Assembly: GCF_006345805.1 (NCBI RefSeq) | Contig: NW_021835989.1 | Span: 124,001-188,000 of the forward strand | Origin: Octopus sinensis | Taxonomy: Eukaryota | DNA length: 64,000 nucleotides | Direction: 5' to 3' | Shown here: piece after piece, positions 11,556 to 25,200 of the stretch | How the letters are laid out: every line of letters starts with the position of its first letter | Numbering within the stretch: the first letter of the stretch is position 1 | Program-made: the position numbers and the translations under genes | Notes under the pieces: generated by a model | The model's database searches: none | Seen by the model: the letters and a program-made list of their open reading frames with translations, nothing else | Told to the model about the DNA's origin: nothing

Positions 11556-14420
11556 ATGACAGAGTTTGAATAATTTTATAATTAAAGTGGTTTGTTGAGT
11601 TATGTTGACTTTGATGTCTTCGGGAATGGATTAAAAAATAAATTAGTTTCAGACTACTTTGACAATTTTATGAAAATTACAGTAAAAGTGTAATTTTAAA
11701 AATCACTAGCCGCAAATTCCCCACATTACATGGGACTCGGTAAACGAACAGTTGAGGTTAGAAAAAAGTCAGGACTGTCAAATACAAGACTTGCAGCAAC
11801 ATATTCTGAAGAGTCATGTAACTAAATATTACATTCCACAATTCCTGAAGTAATTTTTCAAAGCTTAGCTCAAGTTCGGAAATGTTTTGTGAGTGCCTGT
11901 TGGCGTGGCATCTTATCAAAAATGTTAGGAAAAAAGTTCTCAAAAGTGCGACGACCAGGTTTTTCTGAAATTTAAATATATTAGAAAATCCACAAATACT
12001 TTTACTCTAAAAAGTATCAATTACTTTATTAAAATTTTCAAGGGACTTATTCATTTCACATCCCGACAAATTTAGGTAATAAACCAAAAAAGTAACGTTT
12101 TCAAATTAATGTATTTAGATTGGGATCCGTGTTGGGTGACCGTATGTTGACAGTTTAAATCACAAAAATATATTTTAGTTCTTGAAAATGCAAGAATTCA
12201 AATTATTTTTAAAATCTACAAATTATGAACATGTTTTCGACTTTTGGATCGAGTTAGAAATGTCTAGAAAAAATCGAAGGTTTGGGTTACTTGTTAATAA
12301 TAAGATTTTATGTTAACGACAAATATAAACAATTTTTTAAAAAAGATTTCATCAAAAATAAACGACAACAAGTAAAGGTGCTGGAGAGGCTGGTAAAAGC
12401 TTTGAAAACGTTTTTCAATAATTATCGGTTTTATCTTAATTTTTTAAGTTTATAAGTGAAACTGAAACTAAATCTGATCGCCTGTTATTGCATAATATTG
12501 TGAAATCGGCTGAATTAAAAATTATCCGACAATTTGATATTATTAAAATCGAACAACTTAATTTCCAAGAAAAGGAAAAATCAATTTTCGAACTTGATCC
12601 AATGCCGGTAGATAATCTATTGTTTCTCGATTATTATATTGGTCAGCCATTCATGAACTATTTACTTAAGTAGTAAATCTTAATCTAAATTTACAGCAAT
12701 TCAAAAGAAAACTACTATAAATTATATGTAGAAATTCACTCATATTTAAATAATTCGAAATTCTCAATATCCTGTCATATATCAAGAAACGATTTTCTTA
12801 ATTTATACGACAAAATCGCCTTATTTGAAAAAAGTCCAAATTACACATTTTTTGAAGAGAAAATAGACAAAGAAAAATTCATAAATGTTAAAAATCTAAA
12901 AAGATATTTTTGTGTCTTAAAGAAACACATTTACAAAGAGTGGAATGAATATTTGACTTTTACGAGGTTTGATAAATTATAACAATCAAAAATTATTTAA
13001 ATTAATTTATCTAGAAAAAATATTTTCAACCACCCAATTACACAAATATCTAACCAAAAGGTAAAATCTTGTGAAAAACCTGACCCCTCCACCCCAGAAC
13101 GTGTATGTAAATCTATTCATTCACAAAAATCCTTCTTACACCAAAATAAGAGTAACTCTGAATGGTAAAAAGGTAATACGACAAAGTAGGCCACTGACGG
13201 ACTACATGATATATTTGAAAAAACGTGGCTCAAATAATTTGTTGTCGTTGCTAGAACTAAATGACATGATAAATCGGTACGAAGACGAAACTATGCTCGG
13301 TTCTTCTGAAAAAACCAAAAAAGAAATCAAAAAGTATTACATTCAAAAATAAAACCCAATTCTGTGTGATATAATCAAATACAGGATGTTGTGTAATCCA
13401 GACAGCCCGAGCTATGTCGAACTGCCAGATCACATTCAAATGCTTTACAAAGATACTTCTAATCCTTTCGATTCAAAAATACTAAAGCAAATACAGTTTT
13501 ATATATTGGAAAAAAATCGTGATGTTTTCAAACAATACGAGGTATCTAAGTGTAATATAGCTCAGCAAGATTTGGTGAAATCAACCGGACTTTTAGATTC
13601 GTCTCAAGTCATTGATTATCGGTCGAAAAAAAAATTCGAGCAGTTGTTTAATCGCAAATTAGACTCAAAACCCCAAAAGAGTTTCGAAAGTATTCAAAGG
13701 GTACATGATTTGACTAATTTAGGAATCAAAGAAAGACGAAGATTTAATTTTCTCCAAAAAAATAAGACAAAACTCAACAACCCCAAGATTTGTTGAGTTT
13801 TTGTACTCAAATGTGGCAAACAAAAGCCAAGAATTTGAATTATTTGAAGAATTTATTCGAAAATACTCTTTGATAAAGAACATTCAATATTATAACTATC
13901 TTCATCTCTTCATTGAGTTATATAAACTTAAAGTAGCCCAGAAGTATCATTTTAGAGAATCGAAGCAGCAAAAACCGATCAAAAAATCGTCTTGGACAAA
14001 GCTAGAACAATCTACCAATGTTGTGTGAACACAGGAATACTCGAACAAACTCAGGTTGTTTCAGAGAATAAATCCTAGACGTTAGAATGCAATAAAATTT
14101 ATAAAAAAATTCTTTCTGGATTTGAGAGAGCTTCGACATTGCCAACAATAAGTTCAATTTTTGATAATGTACTGAAAATTGCCTGTGTAAATCTGAACAA
14201 ATTGTGGAATGAATTTCAAACTAAACAAAAAAAAAGTTTCTGTATAATTTCAAATTTTTTAAGTAAATCGCCTTTATCGGGGGATGTTTTTAAAAAGAGG
14301 AAGGAGAGTCGCCAATCGAAGGCTGAGGTCCATGATTTGCCGCGAATTTCTTTAAAAAATGAAAAAATTATCATTCGTTTGACTTTAAAAATGGAATGTG
14401 TATTCAGGTTTGTTTGTTAA
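11556..14420 (+). CDS. RGS22/RGSL-like multi-RGS-domain protein
   Basis: The N-terminus LVSDYFDNFMKIT|PQ resembles RGS22 LVDYFNEFLSLP|T. Repeated RGS-like blocks: YMIYLKKRGSNNLLSLLE..RYE, PDSPSYVELP, FEEFIRK..YLHLFIEL. The 3' end is uncertain. Confidence 0.5.
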
Positions 14421-14579
14421 AATATTTTAGAAAATAAATGAAAAAGGAAACGAATATTTTGTTAAAATTGATTCTCAAATATAATTACAACTATTTTTGA
14501 TACTAATAAATTTAGACAAATTTTATGGCCAATTTGAAAAAAATCAATTCTTAAAATTTAAAATAAACGCGTTTAAAAT

Positions 14580-15130
14580 GTCGGACTAAGTTCGAGAAAT
14601 ACATGCAGGACGAAACCGCGATTCCCGTCGGCCAGCTGAAGCTCGACTTTAGAGCCAAGGCCAATTTCCTCATCCGCGTTGGGATCACAGGTGGCTTAAG
14701 CCATATCCGATGTAAATGGAGAAAGCCCCCTCCATGAAATGTTTCCGGAGCCCCTATTTGGGCACATGTCCCACAAGTGCACCGAGAAACTGCATTAATT
14801 TTAACCATCTCAGCCACCTGACTATCCAGCCTACTGTATGGGATAGAAGGGTGGTACTACTCACAGCAATTAAGAAAAATCCTGAAGAAATGCGAAAAGT
14901 TACGACGCTATGCGCTGAAGCTAGCCTATAGGCTAGAACCACGGGGCTTATTCTCAAGCTGGACAAAGGCTATGTCTCTGGCGATGACGCAGGTCATTTA
15001 GGAATCAATCTGGACTTTCCGGAGATGATTTCTGGTGACCGACCTATTTATTGATTGGACTAAATTGTTAGCAGACTAACCCGGACATCAGAAAGAAAAA
15101 CGGACGTCTACCCCTAGCAGTCGTCTCAAA
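14580..15130 (+). mobile_element. Decayed LINE (RT C-terminal region)
   Basis: Shares nucleotide blocks with 19330-19500 (ccagcctactgtatg...ggtactactc...aagctagcctata). Confidence 0.45.
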
Positions 15131-15429
15131 ATATTATTCCGTCCTTATGCAGTCAATTTCTTTGATTGTCTAACAATAAAACCCTTCATTCATTATAACC
15201 ACCCACAGTCACGGATAATCTACAAAAAGGACAATTTAAATATTTCGTTTTCTAGAAATGTCTATGCTGGAATTCTAAAGTAGATTATTAGTAGAAAAGT
15301 TAAAATTTGTATTGAGACCAAATCTTTTATATTTGATATGAAATAAGCAAAATAAATCCAAAGGCATAAATATAAAGACGGTTAGAAAATTTATGTGTTC
15401 GCATACTTTTGATGTGAAACACTGATTAA

Positions 15430-15550
15430 ACGGACCAGAGACCTAATTTATAGATCTGTACCGGAGAGAAGTTGATCAGAATAAAATTTCTGGTTATTTT
15501 CTATACAATCCGTAATCCGCGGCAACTGCTTCGCAATCCGTGACCTGGGA
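15430..15550 (+). mobile_element. CRE-type 3' end relic
   Basis: VIRGNCFAIR motif. Confidence 0.45.
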
Positions 15551-16098
15551 GAACGCCCTAAACTGCGTAGTCTTCAACAATCTTTCTCCTTTTTCTAACT
15601 GCCATAAATTAACTAATAAATTAATTGTTTAAAAAAATTGTTTTATTAATAATTTTAAAGCTAAATTGACGCTATAGAACACACTGGAAAGGCTTCTTTG
15701 TAACCGAATAAGAAAAAAAAATATTCCAGAAATATACTGATTCTCATTTATTCTTCAAAATCATTCAAAAAATGGGAATTAAAAAATCAAGTATTCCTCG
15801 TCTATTTTCTAGTCTTGATTTCGTGCTAGGAAATTTTTATTTTAAAAAGTCAAGTTCAAAATTATATGTCTGATGCATCTTTGTACCTGTTTAGACAAAT
15901 TACTATGTTTTGTTTCAGCTATTCAATCAGAAAATATATCAGTAAGGCCTTATAATTATGCATTTAAATAGAGTATACAAAATAAGGAGTTTTGTATCAA
16001 AATATACATAATTGTGCTTTAAATTAAGTAATCTGTTGTTTAATGAGGAGGAAAATCGAAATTAGATCAAATAAATTTGAAAGAAACAAACTAATCAC

Positions 16099-16195
16099 TA
16101 GGGCAACATTTTTATTGACTTAAAAAATAAAAATTGCCTTTAAAAAGTCAATTTAATTGACCTTAAAATTTTAAAAATTGACTGAAAAATTTATC
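16099..16195. mobile_element. Isolated hAT-like terminus
   Basis: TAGGGC followed by repeated TTGAC/TTGCC subterminal motifs, the same layout as the left end of the hAT at 50325. Confidence 0.45.
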
Positions 16196-16245
16196 TAAGA
16201 AATTTTTTTCATTTTATAAGATAGAATAGATTAAAGTCAAAATAT

Positions 16246-16705
16246 TTAGGAGGACAAAATGGAATGGCAATTCCCGCGCAAGATAACTATTGATATGCGT
16301 TGGAAAAGCCATGTCCGTTCTCGATGATCGTTTTTCCTTCTGCTTGCCAGATTCCCCAGTTTGATGAGAAATTTTTTAGTCCTGGGACCGAGGACACCTG
16401 ACGTCTCCACTGCGACCGGGGCGAAGATATAACGGTGCGATATGGCGCCGTATTTTTTGATCTTCAGCGTTTCTGCCAGGTTAGCTGCGGAGCCCGGCTC
16501 TGAAGCTGACGTCAAGATGTTCCCGGCGGAGAAGGTATCCGTACAAGTGGCGTCCCAAATGAGAGGCTTTCCATTTTCAAATGGGAAGGTCGTTAGACCA
16601 TCAGGACGTTTACCATCCTCCCGAGCCAGCCCGACCGGTTCCAACTGTGAAGGGAATCCGGCAGTTTCCAGAGTATGCTTGACTATGTCGTTCAGAGCAG
16701 TATGT
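16246..16705 (-). mobile_element. CRE-type non-LTR retrotransposon, RLE endonuclease 3' fragment
   Basis: Open ORF: EPVGLAREDGKRPDG..WDATC..AETLKIKKY..FAPVAVETSG..FQRISIVILRGN (PD..D restriction-like endonuclease). Confidence 0.9.
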
Positions 16706-16744
16706 CGAAAAATTTTTATTTTAAAAAAAGGCTGTTAGTAGAGG

Positions 16745-17630
16745 GTATAATTAAGACATTCGGCATTCCTGCCTTTTCAGTCCCGCACACACGCTCGCCT
16801 CTCAGCCGCGAACTAAGACCTACCGCCATACCTGCCACCCAGGCATTATCTTTTCTAAGACCTCAGGGAGGCCTTTGAGGGACAATTCCTGGGTGTCCGT
16901 GAGCTCCACTCGCCATCCTAAGCCATGGGCTAGCCGGATGGCTCGTCTTCTAACTTTCTTGAGCGCGTCAACGTACTTCTCCCGGTCCTCGCAGAAGTGC
17001 CAGGCATGAACGCCATAGGTCAACACGGGTAACACCATGGCGTTAAACACGCGTAGCCAGGCACTTCTCCGCAGCCGGAAAGCACGCAACGCGCCTAATC
17101 GCTGCATTGCACGCATTTTCGTACGTGCAATGTGATCATCAAACTTATCGGACGGCTTAAAGAGCACGCCCAAATAAGTCATCCGATCAACTGCAGCAAT
17201 TGCTGACCCATTCAGCAATAACCTAGGGACGTAATAAGTGTAACCCCTCGTCCTTTTACAGACTTTGAGGACACTGCACTTGCCTGCACGCATCTTTAGA
17301 CCCCTACTCCCACACCAGTTTACAAATCCATCCATTGACTGGCATGAGCGCAGAAGCCATAAAGACATTAAAAAGCGTGGGACTCAGCACAGAGCCCCGA
17401 GGGACACCGCGAAGGACTGTTCTGATTTTAGAAAAGACCACCTGATGCCGCACGACCTGTCCGCGAGATTCAAGGAACCCCGACAGCCAGCGTCTTAGAC
17501 ACAGAGAAACCCCACACGTGGCGAGGGAGCTCCGGAGGCCGTCGTGCCACACCGAGTCGAAGGCCTTTTAAATGTCAAGACTAACTAACATACCACACTC
17601 TTTGCTTCTCGGTTTTTTGGCTAAGATCTA
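16745..17630 (-). mobile_element. GC-rich LINE RT fragment (Jockey/CR1/I-like)
   Basis: LDI*KAFDSVWHDGL, GVPRGSVLSPTLFNVFM and YLGV motifs. The YADD segment is deleted. Confidence 0.85.
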
Positions 17631-18099
17631 CATGCCAATAATTAAAGTTCGAAAAATAAACTTACATGCCAATTGAATTTTTTGGTGTTAAAAAAGAGGC
17701 ATTTCCTTTTTATGCCCCATGCAACCACTGAGGGCTGCATTCAGTCAGCCGCCTTTTTTGTTTTATGACCTGACCTTCTTAGCCTGTAGCATTTTACAGT
17801 AGCATGAAAGCAGGGTTTATGAATTGCTATCCATATGGCCATACAGCCATAGACAATTTACTATTAAATTACAAGTAAAAAAGCTAATCAATGATAGTTT
17901 TAGTCTGCTACAATATTTTAATTAATTCGTCAATCATTAGTTAATTCTGGCAAATGAGCTGTTTTATTTCTAATTCAGATCATTCGCATGTTTTTTATAT
18001 TTCTGTTAAACATTTTCCTATACCTCAGTAAGGTTTGATTGTCCTCTAATATTAAAATAAACGTTTCTTTTATGTATTCCCCGTTTGTACAGCTTACCT

Positions 18100-18390
18100 T
18101 CTTTACGATATTAATTTATTTAATTAAACGTTCGTGATTAAATAAAAAAACGACTTTGAATGAGTTTGCGATTAACAGATTTTGAAAAACACTTTAAAAG
18201 TTAAAAGAAAATTATCACATTCATTAACACAATTGACGGTGAAATTATAAAAATTTTCGTAGAAATATTAACTATTTATTAAAGCTTTTCGTAAACATAC
18301 AATTTATTAGAAGTATGCTTCTCTTCCTAATCTATTTTGTTATTCATAAATATTTTTTTAATAGACAACGAGAGGAGGGAACGAAGCTGC
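18100..18390 (+). repeat. Dispersed repeat related to 20190-20380 and to the Helitron interior (~29870)
   Basis: Shared gtgattaaataaaaa..cgac..gaat..aacagattt..aacactttaaaagtt and cctaatctattttgttattcataaat blocks. Confidence 0.75.
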
Positions 18391-18539
18391 AGAAAAGAAA
18401 TCTGAGCTTATGTTATTTAATTAAAATGGTTGTTTTATTCAGAAAAGAACAAAATAGATTATGGACTTTGGTTAATAGAGCACAAGAGACACCTGAACAG
18501 ATGCATTTTAAGCGTTAGTCATGTCAGCGAAACTAAGAT

Positions 18540-19520
18540 TAGTTAACAGCCGTAAGAAAATAAAGAAGCCTACAGAGACTTACACGCGTTCCCGGCAGAC
18601 CTGTTTTCTACATAAGCCTAAGCTACCGTCCCATAAGCCTAATTCCAACCATCTCAAGGCTGATTAAAAAAATCATGGTCAAGCGCCTTGACTTCCTCGC
18701 CGAAGAAAAGAAAGTGCTTCCCCCACAGCAATGGGGTTTTTGTTCTAGGCGGGGCTGGAGTGACTGTTTCCTAACGATTCAGTCCATAGCCTCGGGAGCA
18801 ATGGAGTTCAAAGAAACTCTATCTATCATAGAAATTTCAAAGAAATTCGACTGACATGGGACCTATTGAAGAGGATCCAACTCTGTGAGCCAACAGAAGA
18901 GGCCTTCTTCTGCTTGCTGTGCTTCGTCACGAACCGCCATTTGATTCCAAATCGGGCTTTTGCTCAAGAAACATCACACTCCAAAAAAGGGTCCCGCAAG
19001 GTTCCTGTGTCAGTCCACTTTTATTCTAATTTGGTAGTGAGTTGTTTCCTTCACCCTCTTCTTGTCTTCTACATCTCGATGAACACAATTTCCTTTGAAA
19101 AACGACTTTCTAGTTACATCAAGGAAATTATTAAAAGATAAAGGATTGCTGCGTCAGAAAGCGACTCTCGCTGACCATTGATAAATCAACGTATTTCCTA
19201 ATTAACGCAAGGAAATCGCCAAATCATAGATCCGGCGAAATTAATTGGCTCAGCTGTATACGCTACCTGAGGGTTACAATACTGCTTGCATGTCAAGAAA
19301 GAGAGAGGGAAAGCCATCGCGGCTCTGCCTTTAAAGAGGTATGCACTTGGACCCAAGAACTTTCCAGTTTGTTTTCCACGCAACCATTTTGTCCAGCCTA
19401 CTGTATGATATGGAAGCCATGGTACTACTCGAAACAATACCAGGAAAACTTGCTAAAACGTGAAAAAATAGGGCGCTAAAGCTAGCCTATAAGTTAAACT
19501 CAGGAAACCCAGTCCCAAGC
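18540..19520 (+). mobile_element. Decayed LINE reverse transcriptase
   Basis: SYRPISLIPTISRLIKKIMVKRL...LPPQQWGF motif. Downstream similarity to 14580-15130. Confidence 0.75.
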
Positions 19521-19814
19521 TGTGCGGAGACGAAGTCGCCTTAAAAAATTCTACTGAAGTGATTCTCTACCGTAATGCATGTGCACAATTTTTGATACAT
19601 GAAAAATACTCGAATTGTGCATAGAAAAAAACTCGGATTTATCGTAAAATTATCTAAACAATAGATTTATCCCTTGAGACAAATATAAGCCTTTTTGCAT
19701 ATTTGCAAAAATTGTCATTTCATAATATTTTCGTGAAAAGTTAGAGAAATATAGACATAACTGTGAATGGAGAAAATACGATTTTCTATATTCAGTAAAA
19801 GAAAGATTTAACCA

Positions 19815-20380
19815 ATTTTAATAACAAAATCGTGTGTCTGCGCACCAACTTCAAATAGGAAAAATACAGATCAAGTGTGAAAATCCATTTCTCTTATAAT
19901 TAGCTAATAATGGGGAACAAGTCCAAAATGATGAGGTCTTCCAAGAATCCTCCACGCAAAAATCGAACATATTAATAATAGCCTCGATGAGGTCCTTGTA
20001 ATTTTCCCGACAAAAATTATTTTCTCATTTTGGTTAAAATGAACAACAAAGATGTCCTCGACCTACATGATTAGGTCCTTAAAATACCGGAAGAATATCT
20101 AAGGAAAACGGCTCCGCGGTCGGTCAGAAAGTGTGTTGACTCAAAAGTCCAACACATAGAAAAGTTAAGGACATTCCTTTGTATTGTCGGACTCACCTAA
20201 TTAATTTATTTAATTAACTGTTTGTGATTAAATAAAAACGACCTTGAATAGAGCGTGCAAATAACAGATTTTTAAAAACACTTTAAAAGTTCGTTTATTA
20301 AAAGTATGTCTCTTTTCCTAATCTATTTTGTTATTCATAAATAATTTTTAAATAGAACACGAAAGGAGAGAATACAAACA
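19815..20380 (+). mobile_element. Degenerate copy of the Helitron 5' region, with 1-2 units of the 96-bp repeat
   Basis: ttaataac..tctgcgcac..ttcaaat..cagatcaa parallels 28928-29030. ttaaaatgaacaacaa..gtcctcgac..catgat.aggtcc matches the satellite unit. Confidence 0.65.
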
Positions 20381-21313
20381 ATCACTAATTATTCTCAAAA
20401 AACGATTTTCAAAGACATCGTGGTTGGAGCTATGATATTTGACCTAAATTCTACGCACAAGTGTTAGACTTTATTTTCAGAGCCTTCCCTCTGACCTAAA
20501 GGAAAAACTCTCCTTCTGACCAGTGCGCATGCGGACCATGTTTCCAATCAGACAGACGTCTTCATATACTTGAAGTCAAAATAGCTAAAGAATAAAATAT
20601 TTTATTTACACTCATTTCTAAATAGTGTTCTATTTTAGCTTTTCGACACAATTGGAGTCTGTTCAAAAACTGAAACCATTCTTAGAACATGAAATACGTA
20701 GTAAACAAAAAAACATTCCAAAAAGTTAAATTTCCAAGAACAAAATAAACTAAATGCATTTAACTTCATATTTTTCCTTAGAATTCATGTCACTAAACCA
20801 ATAAGTGAATTTTCTATCAAATCAACTACAGGCAGCACCTATTCACTTTAAAATAAAAAATATATAACCCATGAACACCATCATTTGTTACTGCATAGAG
20901 GGCACCATTAAAACTTGGATAATATCGACACGATTCAAGCCAGGGAGATCCTTTTGAAAGGTTCGACTGCCCACAATGAACGGACTGAGACGACAATGTC
21001 CCAGGGTCAGATTCAAACTTTTAATGTTTTGCATTGTGTCGTATACAGGGTTAATTTTTAATTAAGTTTTAATAAAATCGTTAACACTAGAAATTGTAAT
21101 CAGAAAATATTAAAGATAGTATTAATCATAAAATCCGAGTCAAATACACTGCATAGGGAACAATATCAAATTGACTTTTAAAAATTAGAGTTTGGTTGAG
21201 GTTGTCTTTCGAAATTAAATTTTAACGTTAGAATATTCATATCTCAAATTTTAAGTTCTCGCAAAAATTTTAAGCGTTTACTATTATTATTTTAAATTGG
21301 AAAATTGATTATT

Positions 21314-21720
21314 TTAAAATGAAAACCCTCTAAATATACCCTCTATAATTGATATTAATAAGATTTTGATGCGGTCCATTAATATGCCGGGTCCATTAAT
21401 GAGCCGGTGAGATTCAATTTTCTTGTATTTGTAAATATAATTGTTTGTGAAAAGTGCTTTTGTGTTTCCTTGTGTTTGTTCACAAAAAATATTTTTGCAG
21501 ATTACGGGTAACTCCAATAATTTACAAAAAAGTATTTCATTTGGTGTAATTGAAAATTCTTTAGGATATTTTTCACAAATATTTTTAGCTTTTTTAAAAT
21601 CGGAAGGCTTATTTTTAGGCATACTATAATTTAGTTAAAGATTTGTTATAATAAAACAAAATTTAAAAATTGACCTAAAAATTCCAAAAATTGGCCAAAT
21701 TGATCAAACAAACTTTGTAT
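21314..21720 (-). mobile_element. Truncated hAT (CGGBP-like zinc finger) transposase 5' relic
   Basis: MPKNKPSDFKKAKNICEKYPKEFSITPNEILFCKL is homologous to the N-terminus at 51932. Confidence 0.7.
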
Positions 21721-21809
21721 AGAAACCTTTTTTGGACATTTTTAATTAATCATTATTTTTAGACTAAAATCTAACTCTGAATTGAAATATCACCGTTGAT
21801 TACCAAATG

Positions 21810-21975
21810 TTCGGCGGCAACCATTATATCTTGTAATCAATGAGTCACTAAGAGATCGGGTCTCAGATGTCTACATTCACAGGCAACGTTCACGAATCGA
21901 GATGGTTTTTTGAACGGGTACCTCTTACGACTGTACGCTCTAACTCTTTCTAGATTGCGTCAGCATCCGCCTGGC
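21810..21975 (+). mobile_element. CRE-type 3' end relic
   Basis: TGNVHESRWFFERVPLTTVRSNSF, a degenerate C-terminal motif. Confidence 0.5.
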
Positions 21976-22249
21976 AAAATAATATTTTAAATTCTCGTTT
22001 ACTTAGACTAATAAGAAAATAATCAAAAAATGAGTCATTTAATGACGCAATCAAAATGCATTATTTATGGCAGCAGTTTGTGTTTAGCAGCATACAAAAA
22101 TTAGATTAAAAATATTATTTGAACAATAAATTTTTTATACACACATAGATTGATTATCTATTGGAAAAATACAAATTATTTTTCTTTAGTAAAACCTAAA
22201 TCTAGTAGCTTCAATGAAAACAAAAAAATACAAAAAAAGTTAAAAAATA

Positions 22250-25200
22250 GAAACCTAAAGTCCCTCAAGTCTGAAATATTAGAACTGGTGATAACCGAAT
22301 ATCCTCTAGCAAACATAACAACACCACAAACCTAAAATCCTTAGAAACGATAAAAGGAGTCACAATGGCCAGTCCGACTCAACAACTCAACAAATTCCTC
22401 ATCGTGTGTAATCACTATGAGCTGGAAATTCCTCTGCTGGTGTCTACTACTCAATATTCTGCCCAATATTATTGTTCAACTCAACTCATTCAACGCATAA
22501 GCCAGCCCCTCAATGTTCGCACTGTCCAGGTTACTCGTCGGCTCGTCCAGTGCCAGAATCCCACAATTTATGCAGAATGCCTCAGCGAGAGCCAATCGGA
22601 TGATAAGAGAAGACAACATCTGCCATAAATATACTCCCCTCGACCTTCTGTCCTGCACTACAACCGCCCTCTCATATCAATGGCCGTATCGCCCTTAAGC
22701 ATGACCACTCTGTAGTTAAATTGGCGACGTTTTATCTCCAAAGGGGACTTTGAGTCCGTCTCGACTTGATATCTCAGTTCAATGCTCTCATATCTCCAGT
22801 TACTAACTACTCCCTACCATTGCCCTTGTAGATCGACCTCCACAACTCTCGGATTATCTTATTCAGTTCTTCCATCTTCTCTTGGTGATATATCCCCACA
22901 CACATTGATCCAACACTCGATAAAAGTCGTCCAAGTCCTGACATACATTCTCACATATTCTGAGACTTGCCAACGTCCTTCTATACTCCAATTCGGCATC
23001 ACTATAGTCCTTCTCGAGGGTTGTCCTCATTCGGTCCACATCCTCTCTGAGTGACTCCAATCTTGTCCCCAATTTATTCTCTGCCACTTCAATTTCCACA
23101 ATTACTTCGCCTGATAGGATCTGCAGTTGAGTCCAATTTTTTGATATTTCGGACTCCAAAAGTCTCCGTTTTCATCCGAGAATGTCCCCAATTGTCCTTC
23201 CATTGTTCTACTCATTTTGAGTCTCTTTTAGACGGATATTTTCAGTTAAAAGTATGTCGGATTGTCTTTTTATGTAAATATGTATATATTACGTCGTAAT
23301 TGGACAGCTCGTAATTTAATTTGTCAAGTTTTGTGAAATGATGGCCCTTTCTTCTGCCTATTATACGTAATAAATTGAGGTTAATTTGGTCAATCTCTCT
23401 GCAAATGGACTCCAGTTTTGGCTTTGAGTCAGTCTCGTACCTTCAAATGACACAAAATGTAATCACACTTTGATATTTTTTTTGTCATATCTACATTATT
23501 TCCAGATTTGACTTATAGACTGAACTGAATTTAAAAGTGACTCTGTTTTATGACGTCTCTGAGTCAACGATTTGTCTCTCTCCGTAGCTGCCGATTCCAC
23601 CTGGCTCTGAAACCCTATTTTATGCCCGAGTACCTCCAATTGAAGTAACTCGGCTTTTAATTTACACAAATCAATTTGTTTTTATCCATTTCTGAGTTTA
23701 AAGTATTTTGTTCAGATTTTAGTCGGTCAATGATTGACACTCCTTCCACAACACGTAATTTCTCATTTTCAAGTTGAGCGATATTTAATTCAAGTTGTGA
23801 TGACATTTTATTTGCTGATTGTATTAGATTATAATCCTCTTCTTTTTCTTTCTCAATTCACATCTAACAGTATAAAATCATAATAACACAATTTTTCTTC
23901 CACTATAGATTTGTTTGTGAGTCGTCATCGGTTTCTTGTGAGTCTTTTAGTTCTTCCTGAAGACTCTCAATCTCCAATGACAGAGAATCAGTCTCCAGTC
24001 TCAATTGATGTAGTAATGTCATATCCTTTAGCATATCTTTCCCATTCCTTCTCTTTTCTTTAAGGACATTTCCATAGAATCAATCTCCTCTATTTTTAAC
24101 TTATAATCAGCCAATTCTCCATTATTAGTGGCTAAATCCTGCCTTAGTTTTGTGACTTGTCCACCCAATTCATTCATCTAAATTACTCATTATTCCCTTA
24201 CTAGATCTCTACGTGGAATTAGCTGTTTGTAGGTGATTATAGGCTATTCGTAATTCATTCACTTTCTCAGTCTTTTTGCTGATTTGTCTGGGTATTGCTT
24301 TATTCGAGTATCAAGCTAGTAGGTTATAATATTATTTTATACTTCATCAACAATATCCGCCGTTCTGTCTCAGAGGCAAAAGGTCTGTGGCAGAGAGGAC
24401 AGCTCCTGTCGCCAGATTTTCAGAGAGCAAATATAGTTCTCAAAATGATCTTTACTTCCTGCTATAATCCGAGATCTCTATAGGATTGTTATAATACTCC
24501 ACCCTTCCAATGTCCGCAGTTGTTTACTGAGGGTATCTTCATATTCTTGCATATCTACTGACCCACACATATCGAATATATCTTCTTGTACTCCTATATG
24601 TTGGACTTATAAGGCAATACTGTTTTATTTCTCTCTTTTTAATTTAATTTGAGTTCTATTAATTTGATAATAATAATAAATTACGAAATAAAAGTTATAT
24701 TCGCTTCTAAAGAGGAGATTTTTGATTTTATGTCACCTCTGAGTGCTGCATTGGTAGAAGTGATACACTTAATTCTAACAAAAAATATCCCGCGTAAATT
24801 ACTCTAGAACATTCTGTAGGTTAACCAGTGCAGAAATTCTTTCTAATGGTATTCCAACAACCTGTTATACATTTCCTCATACTTGTCAAATCTAAATAAA
24901 AATAATTTATACATGTTCTTAATATTCTCACATTTATCAGCCTGTTGCTTCATTAGTAGAGAGAGCTGAGTCCTGCTGGCTGAGTGACGGTTATTTTGCT
25001 TGACTTTGGCTGTTATTTTGATATAGTCTTGCTCATATCTCATTTTTCCTCGTTCAGATATGATAGACGAGATTCAGCCAGTTCTACATCATTCCTCGAC
25101 TGGACAGACCTCAATTCCCCTTTGCTTTAATATAAAAATATATAAATACCAATAAAGTCAATTGGATGTCAATATTTGTCAATTTCTCCCACTTTGGTCT

